From: Eledone cirrhosa
Taxonomy: Eukaryota
Direction of reading: 5' to 3'
DNA: 64,000 nt
NCBI GenBank assembly: GCA_964016885.1
Contig: OZ024741.1
Span: 212,040,001 to 212,104,000 of the forward strand
The position numbers and the translations under genes were made by a program. The notes beneath the pieces are model-generated. The model searched no databases. It was not told the origin of the DNA and saw only the letters and a program-made list of their open reading frames with translations. Shown here piece after piece: positions 25,201 through 38,140 of the stretch. Positions within the stretch are counted from its first letter, which is position 1. Every line of letters begins with the position of its first letter.

Positions 25201-28021
25201 TCAACAACCGATGGTGGGCATCTCTCAAAAGAGAGATTAGAACAGAATCAATAAGTTATAGCAAGATGTTAGCTGCCGATAGGAATAGAAACGAGAAAGA
25301 ATTAACAGGTAAATTAGAAGAGGCAATCAAGAGCGAAGATGTGGCCAGAGTGCTGGCATCGAGGACGGCCTTGAACCAGTTTTTCGATGCAAAGCACGAA
25401 GGCTGCGTCATTCGAAGTAAAATACGTGCTCTAGGTGATGAGGGGGCCAAAGCCGTTGGCTGGGCCCGCGTGACAGAAGCTAAGAGTGGAAATCGATCCA
25501 CCATCCGGTCGTTGCAAGACGAAGATGGACGGGTGATCCAGGAGCCTAAGCAGATGTGCGAGGCCTTTCAAAGGCACTTTGCCCGATTGTTCGGGGGAGG
25601 CGAGGGTCCGGGCGGGGGCGTGGATTTCGGTCCATACCTCGATGGCCTGCCGCGTCTCTCGAGCGAAGAGGCAGAGTCCTGCGAGGGACCAATCTCGGCT
25701 GATGAGATCGGAGATGCGCTGAGCCAATGCAGCAGACGCAAATCTCCAGGTCTCGATGGTATACCTTACGAACTTTATTTAGCAATGCCGGTCTTCTTCT
25801 CCGAACTCCTCGAAGCGGTCTACTGCAATTGGCGGCAGAACGGGAGAATTCCTTGTTCTGTAGCCAAGGGCGTAGTCACGCTGGTGAGGAAGGACGAGAA
25901 CAAGGGAGATAGTATAAATAATTTTCGGCCCATAACCCTGCTAAACACAGAGTTAACGATTTTGGCCAAGGTGTTAGCAAAGAGGTTGGCGCTTGTCGTG
26001 GGTGGCCTGGTGGGAGATGCGCAGACATGTGCTATCCCATCCAGGTCCATTCACGGTAACCTCCACCCCATGCGATACATCATAGAGAGGGTTGGCAACA
26101 AACCCGGCTTCGGTGGGGCCCTGATCAACTTGGATCAGTCTAAGGCCTTCGATAGGGTCGACCATGGTTACCTGGCAGGTGCTAGCGGCGGCTGGGTTCG
26201 GTCCTGTTTTCAGAGGCTGGATTACTGCCTTACATAGCAACCACATCCGTTCTATGATCAAGGTGAACGGCTACCTTTCGAAGCCGTTCGAAATCACACG
26301 ATCCATTCGACAGGGGTGCCCTCTCTCCTCCCTTCTGTACGTATTAACTCTCGAGCCTTTACTGAGGAAGTTGGAATTGTTGCAGGGTATCCCCCTGGAA
26401 CCAGGATTGAGCAAAGCGGTGTCGGCCTACGCCGATGACGTAACAGTAATGGTATCGACCGACTCGGAGATCGAGGCGATCGGTACCTTACTGGAGGATT
26501 ACGAAAGGTTGTCAGGAGCGAAACTGAACCGGAAAAATCCATCGGGCTGCAACTCGGAACGTGAAGAGGCAGACCGATGCCTCCCGACGGTGTCGTCGGA
26601 CACTGGACGGAGGGCCCGGTAAAGTTGCTTGCGGTCTGGTTTGGACCGGACCTCCAGGTGGAAAAGAACTGGAACGAGGTTACGAACAAGGTGTTTGCAC
26701 TAACCCAGAAATGGGCCAAATGTAAGCTGTCCCTAAAAGGCCGGGCGGAGGTGGCGAACATTTACATAGCGTCCGTCACTTACTACCGCCTGACTGTCGT
26801 GCCTTTCCCTAAGGAAACACTCACCACCATGGAACGCATGCTCTTCCAATTTCTTTGGAAGAAGCGCCCTCCTATGGTGAGAAGATCCATCTGCTGCCAA
26901 CAACCTTCGAAAGGAGGGCTGGGGATGCCGTGGTTGATGATGCGTAGGCACGCATTAAAGGCTACGGCACCTACAGGTATTCCTCACTGGTCAACCGGTG
27001 TGGGCTCCATTCGTGAAACGAGCCTTTCCGAGACTCGTCTCGCTCACCGAGCTACAGTCCTGGGTCAAGCAAAGATCCGGAAAACTGGGAGACTGGCACA
27101 CTGAGTGTGCTCAGGCGCTCAGGGCTCTCTGGCAAGCGGGCCAGGCCATCGGTGGAGAATCCACCTCATCATTCTATAGAGTGCTGGTGGCTAGCAGGGG
27201 CGATGACACCCTTGGAGAGTCGCTGGACATGGAAGAAGACGAACTGGCCAGCCTGTTCGGTAGGACTTTCGGCCCAGGACCAATGGACAACTTCCAGAAG
27301 TCACTGGCCTGGCAGTGCTACCGAGGGGCTCTACCCGTTCGAGAGAGGCTCTACAGACACGGGCACCCGGGAAGGGATCCCTCAAAAAAGATTTGCCCTA
27401 GATGCGTGCGTCACGAAGAAACCGTTGCGCACGCATTGGTGCAATGTCCGGGCGTGGCTGATCTGTGGGGCTACGCCGAACGACTGCTGTCGCGGGTGGC
27501 GCCGATTCAATTGACCGCCGAGTCCGTGATGACAATCAAACCGCCTCCCCTCTTCACACAGAAAGCAAAGGCGGTTTTTCTGTGCGTAATAGCCATGTTG
27601 AAAGAGGTTGTTTGGTGGACACGATTGAAAGGTCTGAGGTCAGGCAACTTCCTCTCTGGCCATAGTCTGGTCTACTTCTTCCGATATCACTTCGGAAGAA
27701 GGATAAGAATGGAGAGAGAGGTGCTTGGCCACAGGCAGTTTTATGAAAGGTGATAGTGGCGAGAATGGCTCGTGTAAATGGGCCTTCTCTGTATACCATC
27801 CTGTAGGTAAAGAAGTAAAGGAGAGGGGAGCACTTTCTCCATGTGCTCCCCGGGCAAAGGATTGCACACTTTTTCGGAGGTGTGTGCAACCCCCATCACG
27901 TCCCCTCCCTTTTGAGGTTATTTTCGATTATTTTCATGTTACACCCTTTTTACTCGATCGTATGTAAACTCCCCCTTTGTATTTGTCCCTTCTTTTTATG
28001 CCTTTATGGTAAATAAAGAAA
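22257..28021 (+). mobile_element. Full-length Tx1-like LINE, family C (several stops and frameshifts)
   Basis: ORF1 ~22459-24341 (CHICVGRGHLKAAC) and ORF2 24375-27806. 5' motif gtcgtgtg..tcacttcgcg.agaagttt shared with B. Followed by TCTA 28025-28186. Confidence 0.93.
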
Positions 28022-28023
28022 TA

Positions 28024-28079
<56 letters not shown>

Positions 28080-28186
28080 AGATAATATCTATCTATCTTT
28101 CGATCTATCAAAATAGCTATCTATCTATCTACCTATCTATCAACCTATCTATCTATCTATTGAAATAATATCTATCTATCTATCGA

Positions 28187-28550
28187 TTCAGAAGGAAGGT
28201 GAGAGTGGAGAGAGAGGTGTTACACTCCATTAAATTCGCTGAAAGGCGGGTGACTGTGGCGAAAATGGCCCGAGTGAATGGGCCTTCTCTGTATATAAAC
28301 CTGTAGGTCAAGGAAGATAAGCAGAGGGAAAACAGGAACAACTACAAAACGTGCTCCTGGTGTTGAGGGCTGTTCTATCCACGGGGTGTAAAACAACCCT
28401 GCAGTAACGTTCCCCCTATTGGGGATTTCAATTGTTATTTTATTATATATAGTTTATTGTTATTTATTAATGTTAAAGTTATATGATTTGTATGTAAAAC
28501 CGCCGCCGTCACGTCTTCTAATGTCCCATTTGTGTAAGCCCCTGTGGCAA
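28187..28550 (+). mobile_element. 5'-truncated Tx1-like 3' stub 2
   Basis: Encodes FRRKVRVEREVLHSIKFAERRVTVAKMARVNGPSLYINL* plus 3'UTR, flanked by TCTA. Confidence 0.9.
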
Positions 28551-28573
28551 ATCTATCTATCTATCTATCTATC

Positions 28574-31500
28574 TTGATAGAGTAAGACACGCTTCACATC
28601 GGCTCCGCTATTCCATCGGGATTTACCCTTACTATTGTAAGTACCGGATAAATTTTTCAGTGCAACACATTTGGAACACTAACCCCTGTTATTTAGGGAA
28701 ACATTTTTGCATTTACCCCCTTTTTAGGGGGTAAAATAAATATCTATTTTTGCCGAAAAATTTCTTTCTTGGCAGCATGGCGGAAAAGATGGCAGACATG
28801 TCTGCCATTAGCTCTGCCACGCCCCCCATGTCTGAAGAACAAAAAATATTTACAACAAAATTAGACAATGAAACAAACAAAGAAAATGAAAAAACAAATG
28901 TTAAGGAAAATGAGCAAACGGAAAACAAACAAACGGAAAATAATACAAATAACAACAGGGCAACTTTCGCCCAGAAAACAAAACAATCCATTACATACAC
29001 ACCAATTGACCTAACTGCCGCCAGAGAAAAACTGGCCGAAGCAAAGAAACACATTGTTTTGGGGGAGAACGGAATGTTTTCCATTAACTCCCCCCCAGAA
29101 TTCAAGAAAGAAAGAACAGAGAACACAGTTCTCTTCAGAACTATACTGAACCAGACAAGAAAGCCAGCACAGCCCAGCCAAATGGAAATAGAGTTAGTCC
29201 TAAAAGACTATATGAAGAATATTCTCTTCATATGAAAGGACCGACTCTATGGCAGCATTTCGGTCCTAACAAGAGACAAGGAAACGGCGGAGAAGCTTTC
29301 CCTAAGCCCACTCTCATCGACAACATACAGCTTCTATCCCTCCTACATGGGTAGAAGAACACAGAGAGTAAAAGTAAAAACAATGCTGCCCACAATGGAC
29401 TTCTGGTGGGCTATTGCTGGCTTTATAGACATGGGCGAAGACACAATGCTGTCAATGGGGAAGACAACTGGAGATGCGTTCCTGGGAATGGGCCTCGACA
29501 TATTAGTCCAAATGAGGCCCGAAAGAATAGCACAAATCCCGGATCGCATCTGGCTGGATGACCTTACCCCAATAGACATAATTGTAGAGGGGAGAAGACC
29601 AGCATGCTATTTATGCATGGAAAGGGGACACGTTAAGGCTAACTGCCCGAAACGTATCCCCCAAAAAGGACTATTGCGCACACCCACCACAAACAGTACA
29701 CCAACACCACCCACCTCCAAAAATACACTAATACCACACACAGCAAACAAAATACAGACACCACCAACCACAAACACAACACAAACATCACCACCACCAG
29801 CACCAAACACAAACACGACACAAAAATCACCACCACCAACCACAACACAAACATCACCACCACCATCACCAACCACAAGCACGACACAAACATTACCACC
29901 ACCACCACAAAACCCATTCCAAACAAATAATAAAAAAAACAGTAACAAATCTACCCCTCCCGCAAAAAAAAACAACCACACAACACGTCCCTCCCACCTA
30001 GTGCTGAAGAGTTTCCCCCAACTTCTGAAGAAGAAGGAGGAGAAGCCTTCAGACAAGTTAAAAGAAAAAAAAGAAAACACACACCCAGCACACCACAAAT
30101 AACCCACACACAAACACCAACTCCAATCAAAAACACCCCACCCTCAACAAACAAAAATAAATCTGCGCCTCCCCTCTCCGAAACATTGACAGCATCACAA
30201 AAAAAGACGTTGCAATACACATATATAAATAAAGAAAACAAAAAACTGGTTAAATTAATAAACAATAACCCTATGGTGCAGACCGAAGGGCCAAACTTTA
30301 TCTCAACAGAGAACTTCACCCATTTAAAAATGATAAAGGTCCCTCTGGACCTTTATCGTTCCTTAAAAGAACAATTTAGACGGGACGTGAGCCCCCCCCC
30401 CCCCTGTTTAAAACCGTTGAATCGCGTCCTCTTGAAAGATTTCCCCATAACCGCCCCTCTCCCTGACACAACTCCAAATACCCCAACCCCACCACACACG
30501 TGTACCCCCACACCACCACAAAACATCCCTCCACCCAACACACCTGATGCCATGGAAATTACGCAACCCGGAGAGGTAGGTGCTTTTCTTTCTTCACTTT
30601 CAACACCAAAATAGATCAATTGAGAGTTGGCTGTTTGAACGCGCGTGGCCTGGGCTCAGCTTGGAAGCAAGCAAAGCTTCTAAGTGACCTCAGGTCACAA
30701 AGTATAGATGTGATGGTTGTTTGCAAGAGTCGGATCAGCAGCGTGAGACAGCTGGCGCCCGCCTTCGATGACTTTGAGATGCACGCATCTCTCTGTCAAC
30801 CCGGAGGCGGGGGGGGGGGGAGTTGCCGTACTGCTGGATAAACGTCTGACTCTCGACGTACAGATTGTTCACTCGGACCCGGGGGGTCGATTACTGGTGC
30901 TGGACGTCGGAGGCGGTGAAGGCGGGGCTTTCAGACTGGTCGGTTTTTATTTCCCTTCGGGGCGGAAAGAGCCGACTTCTTCCAGCGTCTGGAGACTTTT
31001 CTAGGAACATCGCGTTCCCTGCTTTTAGTGGGGGACTGGAATGGAATCCTAGATGCGCGTTGGGACTATGCAGGGGCATGTCCCGATAGAGGGGGGTATA
31101 GCAGCCTCAAGGGGTTACTCGATCGATTCGACCTGGTCGATAGATTTCGACTAGATTGTCCAACTGCGCCAACCTGGACCTGGGCAAACCGCAGTGGACA
31201 ATCTAGATCGTACCTAGATAGGTTTTTGGTTAGGAGTAAGGATAGGGACGTATTTAGTTGTCCAGAACTGATCATGGTTGGCTATTCAGATCACAAATTA
31301 GTGACCTGCGTGGTCAACCTTGATAGAACGCATAGACAGGGTCCCGGTTACTGGAAGATGAACTTGTCCTTGCCGACAAAGAAAGATTACAGAAACCGGA
31401 TTAGTAGCTTAGTTAAGATGCGGTTGACGGGAGCGATCGTCAACAGTAGGCGGTGGGTATCTCTAAAGAGAGAGATTAGAGTAAGTTCGATAGGTTACAG

Positions 31501-34281
31501 TAAGGAACTAGCGGCGAATAGAAATAGGAAGGAAAGGGAGTTAACAGATAAACTAGAAGAGGCGATTAGAAGCGGAGACGTAGCCAGAGTGTTAGCGGCG
31601 AGAACGGCGTTGAGCCAGTTCTTTGACGCGAAGCACGAAGGCTGCGTTGTCCGAAGTAAAATACGTGCTTTAGGAAACGAGGGGACCAAAGCTGTTAGCT
31701 GGGCCCGCGTGACAGAAGCCAAGAGTGGGATTAAATCCACCATTCGGTCTTTGCGAGACCAGGATGGACGGGTGATCCTTGAACCTGAGCGAATGTGCGA
31801 GGCCTTTCAAAGGCACTTTGCTCGACTGTTCGGAGGTGGCGGGGGGCCGGACGGGGATGTGGACTTCGGTCCATAACTCGACGGTCTACCGCGTCTTTCG
31901 AGCGGCGAAGCGGAGTGCTGCGAAAGGCCAATCACAGCCACTGAAATCGGGGAAGCGCTCAGCCAATGCAGCAGACGCAAATCCCCGGGTCTCGATGGTC
32001 TACCATACGAACTTTATTTAGCTATGCCGGTCTTGTTCTCCGAATTCCTCGAGGCTGTCTATTGCAACTGGCAACAGAACGGGAGAATTCCCTGCTCTGT
32101 GACCAAGGGCGTGGTCACGCTAGTGAGGAAGGACGAGAGCAAGGGGGACGACTTAAGTAACTTTAGGCCCATAACTCTGCTGAATGCAGAGTTACAGATT
32201 TTGGCCAAGGTGTTGGCGAAGAGGTTGGCGCTTGTGGTGGGTGGTTTGGTGGGAGACGCGCAGACATGCGCTATCCCGTCCAGGTCCATTCACGACAACC
32301 TCCACCTCATGCGATACATCATAGAGAGGGTTGGCTACGAACCCGGCTTTGGTGGGGCCCTGATCAACTTGGATCAATCTAAAGCGTTCGATAGGGTCGA
32401 CCATGGTTACCTAGATGCGGTGCTAGCGGCGGAGGGCTTCGGACCCGTTTTCAGGGGCTGGATTTCTGCCATGCACAGTGGCAACATCTACTCTAGGATT
32501 AAAGTAAACGGCTACCTCTCGGAGCCGTTTCAAATCACCCGATCCATCAGACAGGGGTGCCCCCTCTCCTCCCTTCTGTACGTATTGACTCTCGAGCCAC
32601 TGCTGCGGAAGTTGGAGTTGCTGCGGGGCATACCCCTGGAACCGGGATTGCACAAAGCGGTCTCAGCCTATGCCGACGACGTAACAGTAATGGTGGCGGA
32701 CGCCTCGGAAATCGGGGCGATCGCCACCCTACTGGAGGAATACGAAAGGCTGATGGGGGCTAAGCTGAACCAGGACAAGTCAGTCGGTTTGCAACTCGGA
32801 ACGTGGAGGGGCAAACCGATGCCGTTAGACGGTGTCGTCGGGCGGTGGACGGAGGGCCCGGTGAAGCTGCTCGGGGTCTGGTTCGGACCGGACCTCCAGG
32901 TGGAGAAGAATTGGGGCGAGGTGACGAGCAGGGTGTTTGCGCTGACCCAGAAGTGGGCCAAGTGCAAACTATCACTGAAAGGTCGGGCGGAGGTGACGAA
33001 CACTTACATAGCGTCCGTCATCTACTACCGCCTGACCGTCGTGCCTTGCCCCAAGGAAAAGCTCACCATCATGGAACGCATGCTCTTCCAGTTCCTCTGG
33101 AAGAAGCGGCCTCCCATGGTGAGGAGATCCATCTGCTGCCAGCACCCTTCGAAAGGAGGGCTGGGTATGCCGTGGCTGTTGATGCGTAGGCACGCATTGA
33201 GGCTACGGCATCTACAGGTATTCCTCAACGGTCAGCCGGTGTGGGCCCCGTTTGTGAGGCGAGCCTTCCCACAGCTCGTCTCGCTCACCGAACTGCAATC
33301 CTGGGTGAAGCAAAGACCGAGAAAACTGGGCAACTGGCACACCGAGTGTGCCCAGGCGCTCATGGCTATCTGGCAAGCGGACCCGACTGTCACTGGAGAA
33401 TCCACCTCGACATTCTATAGAGGGTTGGTGGCTAGCAGGGGCGACGACACCCTTGGAGCGTCGCTAGGCATGGAGGAGGACGAACTGGCCAGCCTGTTCG
33501 GTAGAACTTTCGGCCCGGGACCCATGGACAACTTCCAGAGGTCCCTAGCCTGGCAGTGTTACCGGGGGGCTCTGCCCGTTCGAGAAAAGCTCTACAGACA
33601 CTGGCGCCCGGGCAGGGATCCCGCGAAAAAGATCTGTCCCAGATGCGTGCGCGACGAGGAAACCGTTGCGCATGCACTGGTACACTGCTCGGGCGTTGCC
33701 GATCTGTGGGGCTACGTCGAACGACTGCTGTCGCGTGTGGCGCCGATTCGATAACCGCCGAGTCTGTGGTGAACATCAAGCCGCCTCCTCCCTTCAGAAA
33801 TGAAGCAGAGGCGGTCTTTCTGTGCGTAATAGCCATGATGAAAGAGGTTGTGTGGTGGACGCGCCTGAAAGGTCTGAGGTCGGGTGACTTTCTCTCCGGC
33901 CATCACCTGGTATACTTCTTCCGATACCACTTCGGAAGAAGGATCAGGATGGAGAGAGAAGTGCTTGATCCCAGACAGTTTTATGAAAGGTGGGTGAAAG
34001 AAGCGAGAATGGCCCGTATAAATGGGCCTTCTCTCTACTTTGTTCTGTAGGTGAAGAAGTGAAGAGGAAAGGGGGAGCGCCTCCTCTCTGGGCTTCCCCC
34101 GCGAAAAGAGTTGCACACTTTTCGGGGGTATGTGCAATCCCCAACACGCCCCCTCCCTTTTGAGGACTTTTTATTGTTATATTATTATTGTTATTCCTTT
34201 TTTCTTTACTCGATTTATGTAAACTCCCCCACTGTGTAAATGTCCCCTTCTTTTGTGCCCTCGTGGCAAATAAATAGAAAT
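28574..34281 (+). mobile_element. Full-length Tx1-like LINE A' (near-identical to A, with extra stops)
   Basis: Colinear with 10159-15870. ORF1 28750-30614 and ORF2 ~30611-34050 are both broken. Followed by (TCTA)n 34283-34348. Confidence 0.95.
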
Positions 34282-34348
<67 letters not shown>

Positions 34349-34691
34349 GATTATCTATGTCTACCTGTCTATATGTCTTTTTGTCTTTCTGTTAAGGTAT
34401 ATTGACAGAGTTTGTACGGACGTGTACATACCCATTCAGACACCACACATAATATACCTAAACATTGCGGGTGAAATACCCAGGATTAAAACAACCCCAA
34501 TTCCTCTGCTGATATATTATTTCATAGACTTCAGAAATGAGGAAATACATATGCTGACATCAGTAAAACTCTTACTTATAACGAAACTTTAACCCTAACC
34601 TTATATAAGGAGCCCAATGAGATTTCATACCTGTAACCCTAAGCACCGTTAGTATACGAGGATTGACTGAAAGGTTTAGAGGGTCACAATG

Positions 34692-34977
34692 GAGGAATGA
34701 TGCTAGAGCTGTGAAATCTTGCATGTATTCAAGGCTTCTTATTAATAAGTACATTGCTTCTTTACAGGGACTATGTTGAAAATTATACCTCAATTGGTCA
34801 TTCTGTGAGAGCATCTTTGTCAGCTAATGAAGGAGTGATGCTAGACCTGTGAAATCTTGTATGCATTAATTTCAAATTTTCTCATTAATAACTACATTGT
34901 TTTTTTCTCCAGGAACTATGTTGAAAAGTAAGTCTCATTTGGTCATTCCATGAGAGTATCTTGGTCAGCTAATGAAC
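34692..34977. repeat. Diverged tandem duplication, two units of ~140 bp
   Basis: Both units read tgatgctaga..tgtgaaatcttg ... actatgttgaaaa ... gtcagctaatgaa. Confidence 0.85.
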
Positions 34978-35065
34978 GTTTCAGCACATATTTGTACACG
35001 AGAACGATTTTAAACATACATATTGCATGTCGCTCTGGAAATTAATTGCTACATATCACAGATAT

Positions 35066-35275
35066 CGACAGTCGATCGACTTTCGTCAAATCGAACCGAG
35101 AAAACAATGTTTCCATTGGTCTTTCCAATAGCTAATACTCTCTATCGATCACAACTCCAGGTAGAAGGAGTAACGTGAATTAAAGTGTCTTGACGAAGAA
35201 CACGCCGCATCACCCGGTTCGGGAATCGAACTCACAGCCTCACAATTGCAAACCCAATTCGGCCACGCACCTTAT
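35066..35275 (-). mobile_element. tRNA-derived SINE family 2
   Basis: Homologous to 57124-57346; B-box GAGTTCGATTCC. Confidence 0.8.
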
Positions 35276-35428
35276 CACAGATATATCGGTATGATAAAAG
35301 ACAAGACTAATCTAACTACAATTGGAAATATTTATCTCTAAACGCACCCACAAAGAATTCCCTAGGTAACTTCGTCAATTCTGAGTTAACCAATCCACCA
35401 CGTTGATATCTAACCACTATTTGGAATC

Positions 35429-35543
35429 AATGGATCTTGCGGATTTCCTTTATAACACTGGGACATAATCCTGCAGTTATCCAGCAAATGGATCTTGCGG
35501 ATTTCCTTTATAACACTGGGACATAATCCAGCAGTTATCCAGA
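35429..35543. repeat. Tandem duplication, two units of ~58 bp
   Basis: atggatcttgcggatttcctttataacactgggacataatcc occurs twice. Confidence 0.9.
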
Positions 35544-35871
35544 AATGATTCTTCTCTCGTGACAATGTCTTCGAGATTTTTTCCACAGAGAATGCTTAGA
35601 CTTGGTTGTAGAGTTTGTTGCCCTCCTCCCTCTTTCTAGTTCGTTATTTGCTTAATTTATTGTTTTACTTTCCTTCCTGTGTCGTTTCTTTGTTTTTTTC
35701 CATTTACATTCTACAGTTTTCAACACAATTTCTTCGCCTTCATTTCATTAGGGGGAGCATAGATATATAATTGATACCCGAACTATATATTATCGCATAT
35801 AGCCAGTCTGAAAAAACTATACAGCGGTGGCAGTCACCACGAAGTTTTATTGTGAAATGGACGTAGAAGAC

Positions 35872-36081
35872 AAGCGGTGGATTGGCAGCATCGGTAGAGT
35901 CGGATGCCATGCTTTGCAGCATAAAGTTACGGTCTGAGTTCAAATCCCGCCGAGGTTAACTTTGCCTTTCATCCTTACGGGATCGATAAAATAAATCACC
36001 AGTAACGTACTAGGGTCGATTTCATCGACATTCCTCTGCCCCCAAATTACTGGCCTTGTGCCTATACTAGGAATCATTATT
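35872..36081 (+). mobile_element. SINE family 1
   Basis: TGGCAG..TCGG A-box-like motif and GAGTTCAAATCCCGCCGAGGTTAACTTTGCCTTTCATCC body. Confidence 0.85.
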
Positions 36082-36110
36082 AGCTCTCTCTCTCTCTCCT
36101 TCTCTTTCCA

Positions 36111-36178
<68 letters not shown>

Positions 36179-36664
36179 CGCTCGCTCGCTCGCTCGCTCT
36201 CTCTCTCTCTCTCTCAACGGTTCGAACCACACAAAAACACATGAGCAAGGCATTCTTGAAAAGTACAAAACAATACTACGGCTGCATCACATTAACTCAT
36301 GAAGTCATTCTTCTAATATAGCAAATTACTTACAACCATCTCTCTACAAGTAATGATACTATGAATATTTGAATTAACAACCACATGAAACCGTATTGGT
36401 AAAATATTCTTGAAATGTATAAAACAGCACTATGACTTCATGCTGTTTAAAAATAAAATCTAATATTGTAAATTTTCACAACGATCTGTCAAACAATAAA
36501 GACACTATAAACATTTAACATAAACCATATTTCAGATGTAAAGAGTTAAGAATGAACCAACACACTTTCACAAGAATTTCATTTATTCACCAAGGCAACA
36601 CCATTGAACTTGAACGATCTACTTGTCAATATATTTACGTACTTTAATGATCAACTATTTAAAG

Positions 36665-37438
36665 GTGTATGTATATGTGTGTGAGAGCGTACGTATGCGT
36701 GTGTGAGCGCGCGTGTTAGCGAGTGTTTGTGTGTGAGCGAGTGTGTGTGTGAGTGTGTGGTTATATAAGCATATGTTTGCGTGTGAGCGTGGGTGCGTGC
36801 CCCGTGCATATGTGTGCGCGTGCATGTGTGTTCGCGTGCGTGTGTGGCCATATGTGTGAACGTGGGTGTGTGCTTGTATATATATATGTATGAGCGTCTA
36901 TGTGTGAGCGTGTATGTGAGTGTGTGTATGCGAGTGTGTGTGCGCGCGTGAACATGTGTTTGTGTGATCGACTATGTGCGTATGTATCAGCGTGTGTGTG
37001 AGCATGTATGTGTATGAGAGCGCGTATATGTGTGTGTGCATGAGAGCGTGTATGTGTGTGTGTATAAGTGTGTGTGTGTATGTATGACTGTGCGTGCGTG
37101 AGCGTGAGCATTTGTTTGTGTGATCGACTGTGTGTGTGTGTATCAGCGTGTGTGTGTGTATGTGTGGGTGTGCGTGCGTTAGCGTGAGCATGTTTTTGTG
37201 TGATCAACTGTGTGTGTATGTTTGTATCAGCGTGTGTGTGACCATGTATGTGTATGAGAGCGTGTATATATGTATCTGTGTGAGAGCGTGTGTGTATAAG
37301 AGCATGTGTGTGTGTGTATTAGTGTGCGTGCGTGAGAGTGAGCATGTGTTTGTGTGATCGACTGTGTGTGTATCAGCGTGTGTGTGAGCATGTATATGTA
37401 TGAGAGCGTGTATGTGTGTGTGTATATAAGAGCATGCA
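36665..37438. repeat. GT-rich complex minisatellite
   Basis: Recurrent gtgtgatcgact...tatcagcgtgtgtgtgagcatgtat...gagagcg units. Confidence 0.9.
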
Positions 37439-37599
37439 TAACCGATTGTTTTCAGCCCTCACACATGTAATACTTATGGTCCTGTGAGTGTTTTGAGCAA
37501 ATAATATTTCAAATGTTCAATGCCCTAGGGACCGCATTAGACGATTTAGTGATCTCTTAGTCTTTCTTTTTAGATAGATACATAGATATAACGTTGCGC

Positions 37600-38140
37600 C
37601 CTTATAATATATATCGGTATGTCTGATTGTCTGGATTACGACATTATGACGCTGTGTGTGTGTGTGTATAGTGTGTGTATATATATATATTATATATATA
37701 TATAGTGTGTAACGTTTTTCGAAATATTTACTTCTGCGTTCACAGATTAATTTTTTTAGTTTCAGAAGATCCCGTTAAGGGTGAAAGCAGCGATTCTTTG
37801 CTTTAACTTTAATATGTTATTTTAATATAGATATTCGTGTACAGATATTTTGCCTACACAAAAACAAAATATTAAATAGAAAAGCCGGCGATTACATAAT
37901 CATATGCATCACTGACAGATATTTTTGCATACACAAAAATAAAATATAAACAAACCAGGCCAACGTCTGTTATTTATATATATATATATATATATATATT
38001 CGTGTACAGATATTTTTGCATACACATTAACAAAATATAAACACACGTATTTATTTCACGAGGCTCGATAAGGATAAATATATATCAAATATATAAGAAC
38101 CCTAGAGCAAATCCCGAGGAACGCCGGGCCATTCTGCTAG
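37600..38140 (+). mobile_element. Putative non-autonomous Helitron (3' end clear, 5' end approximate)
   Basis: Hairpin CCCGAGGAACGCCGGG (38113-38128) lies 8 nt upstream of CTAG|T, the typical Helitron 3' terminus. Confidence 0.6.

Noticed and set aside
10159-34281. LTR retrotransposon or 18.4-kb segmental duplication bounded by A and A'
   Set aside because: The repeats are whole LINEs, no integrase or protease is present, and homology ends at the element termini.
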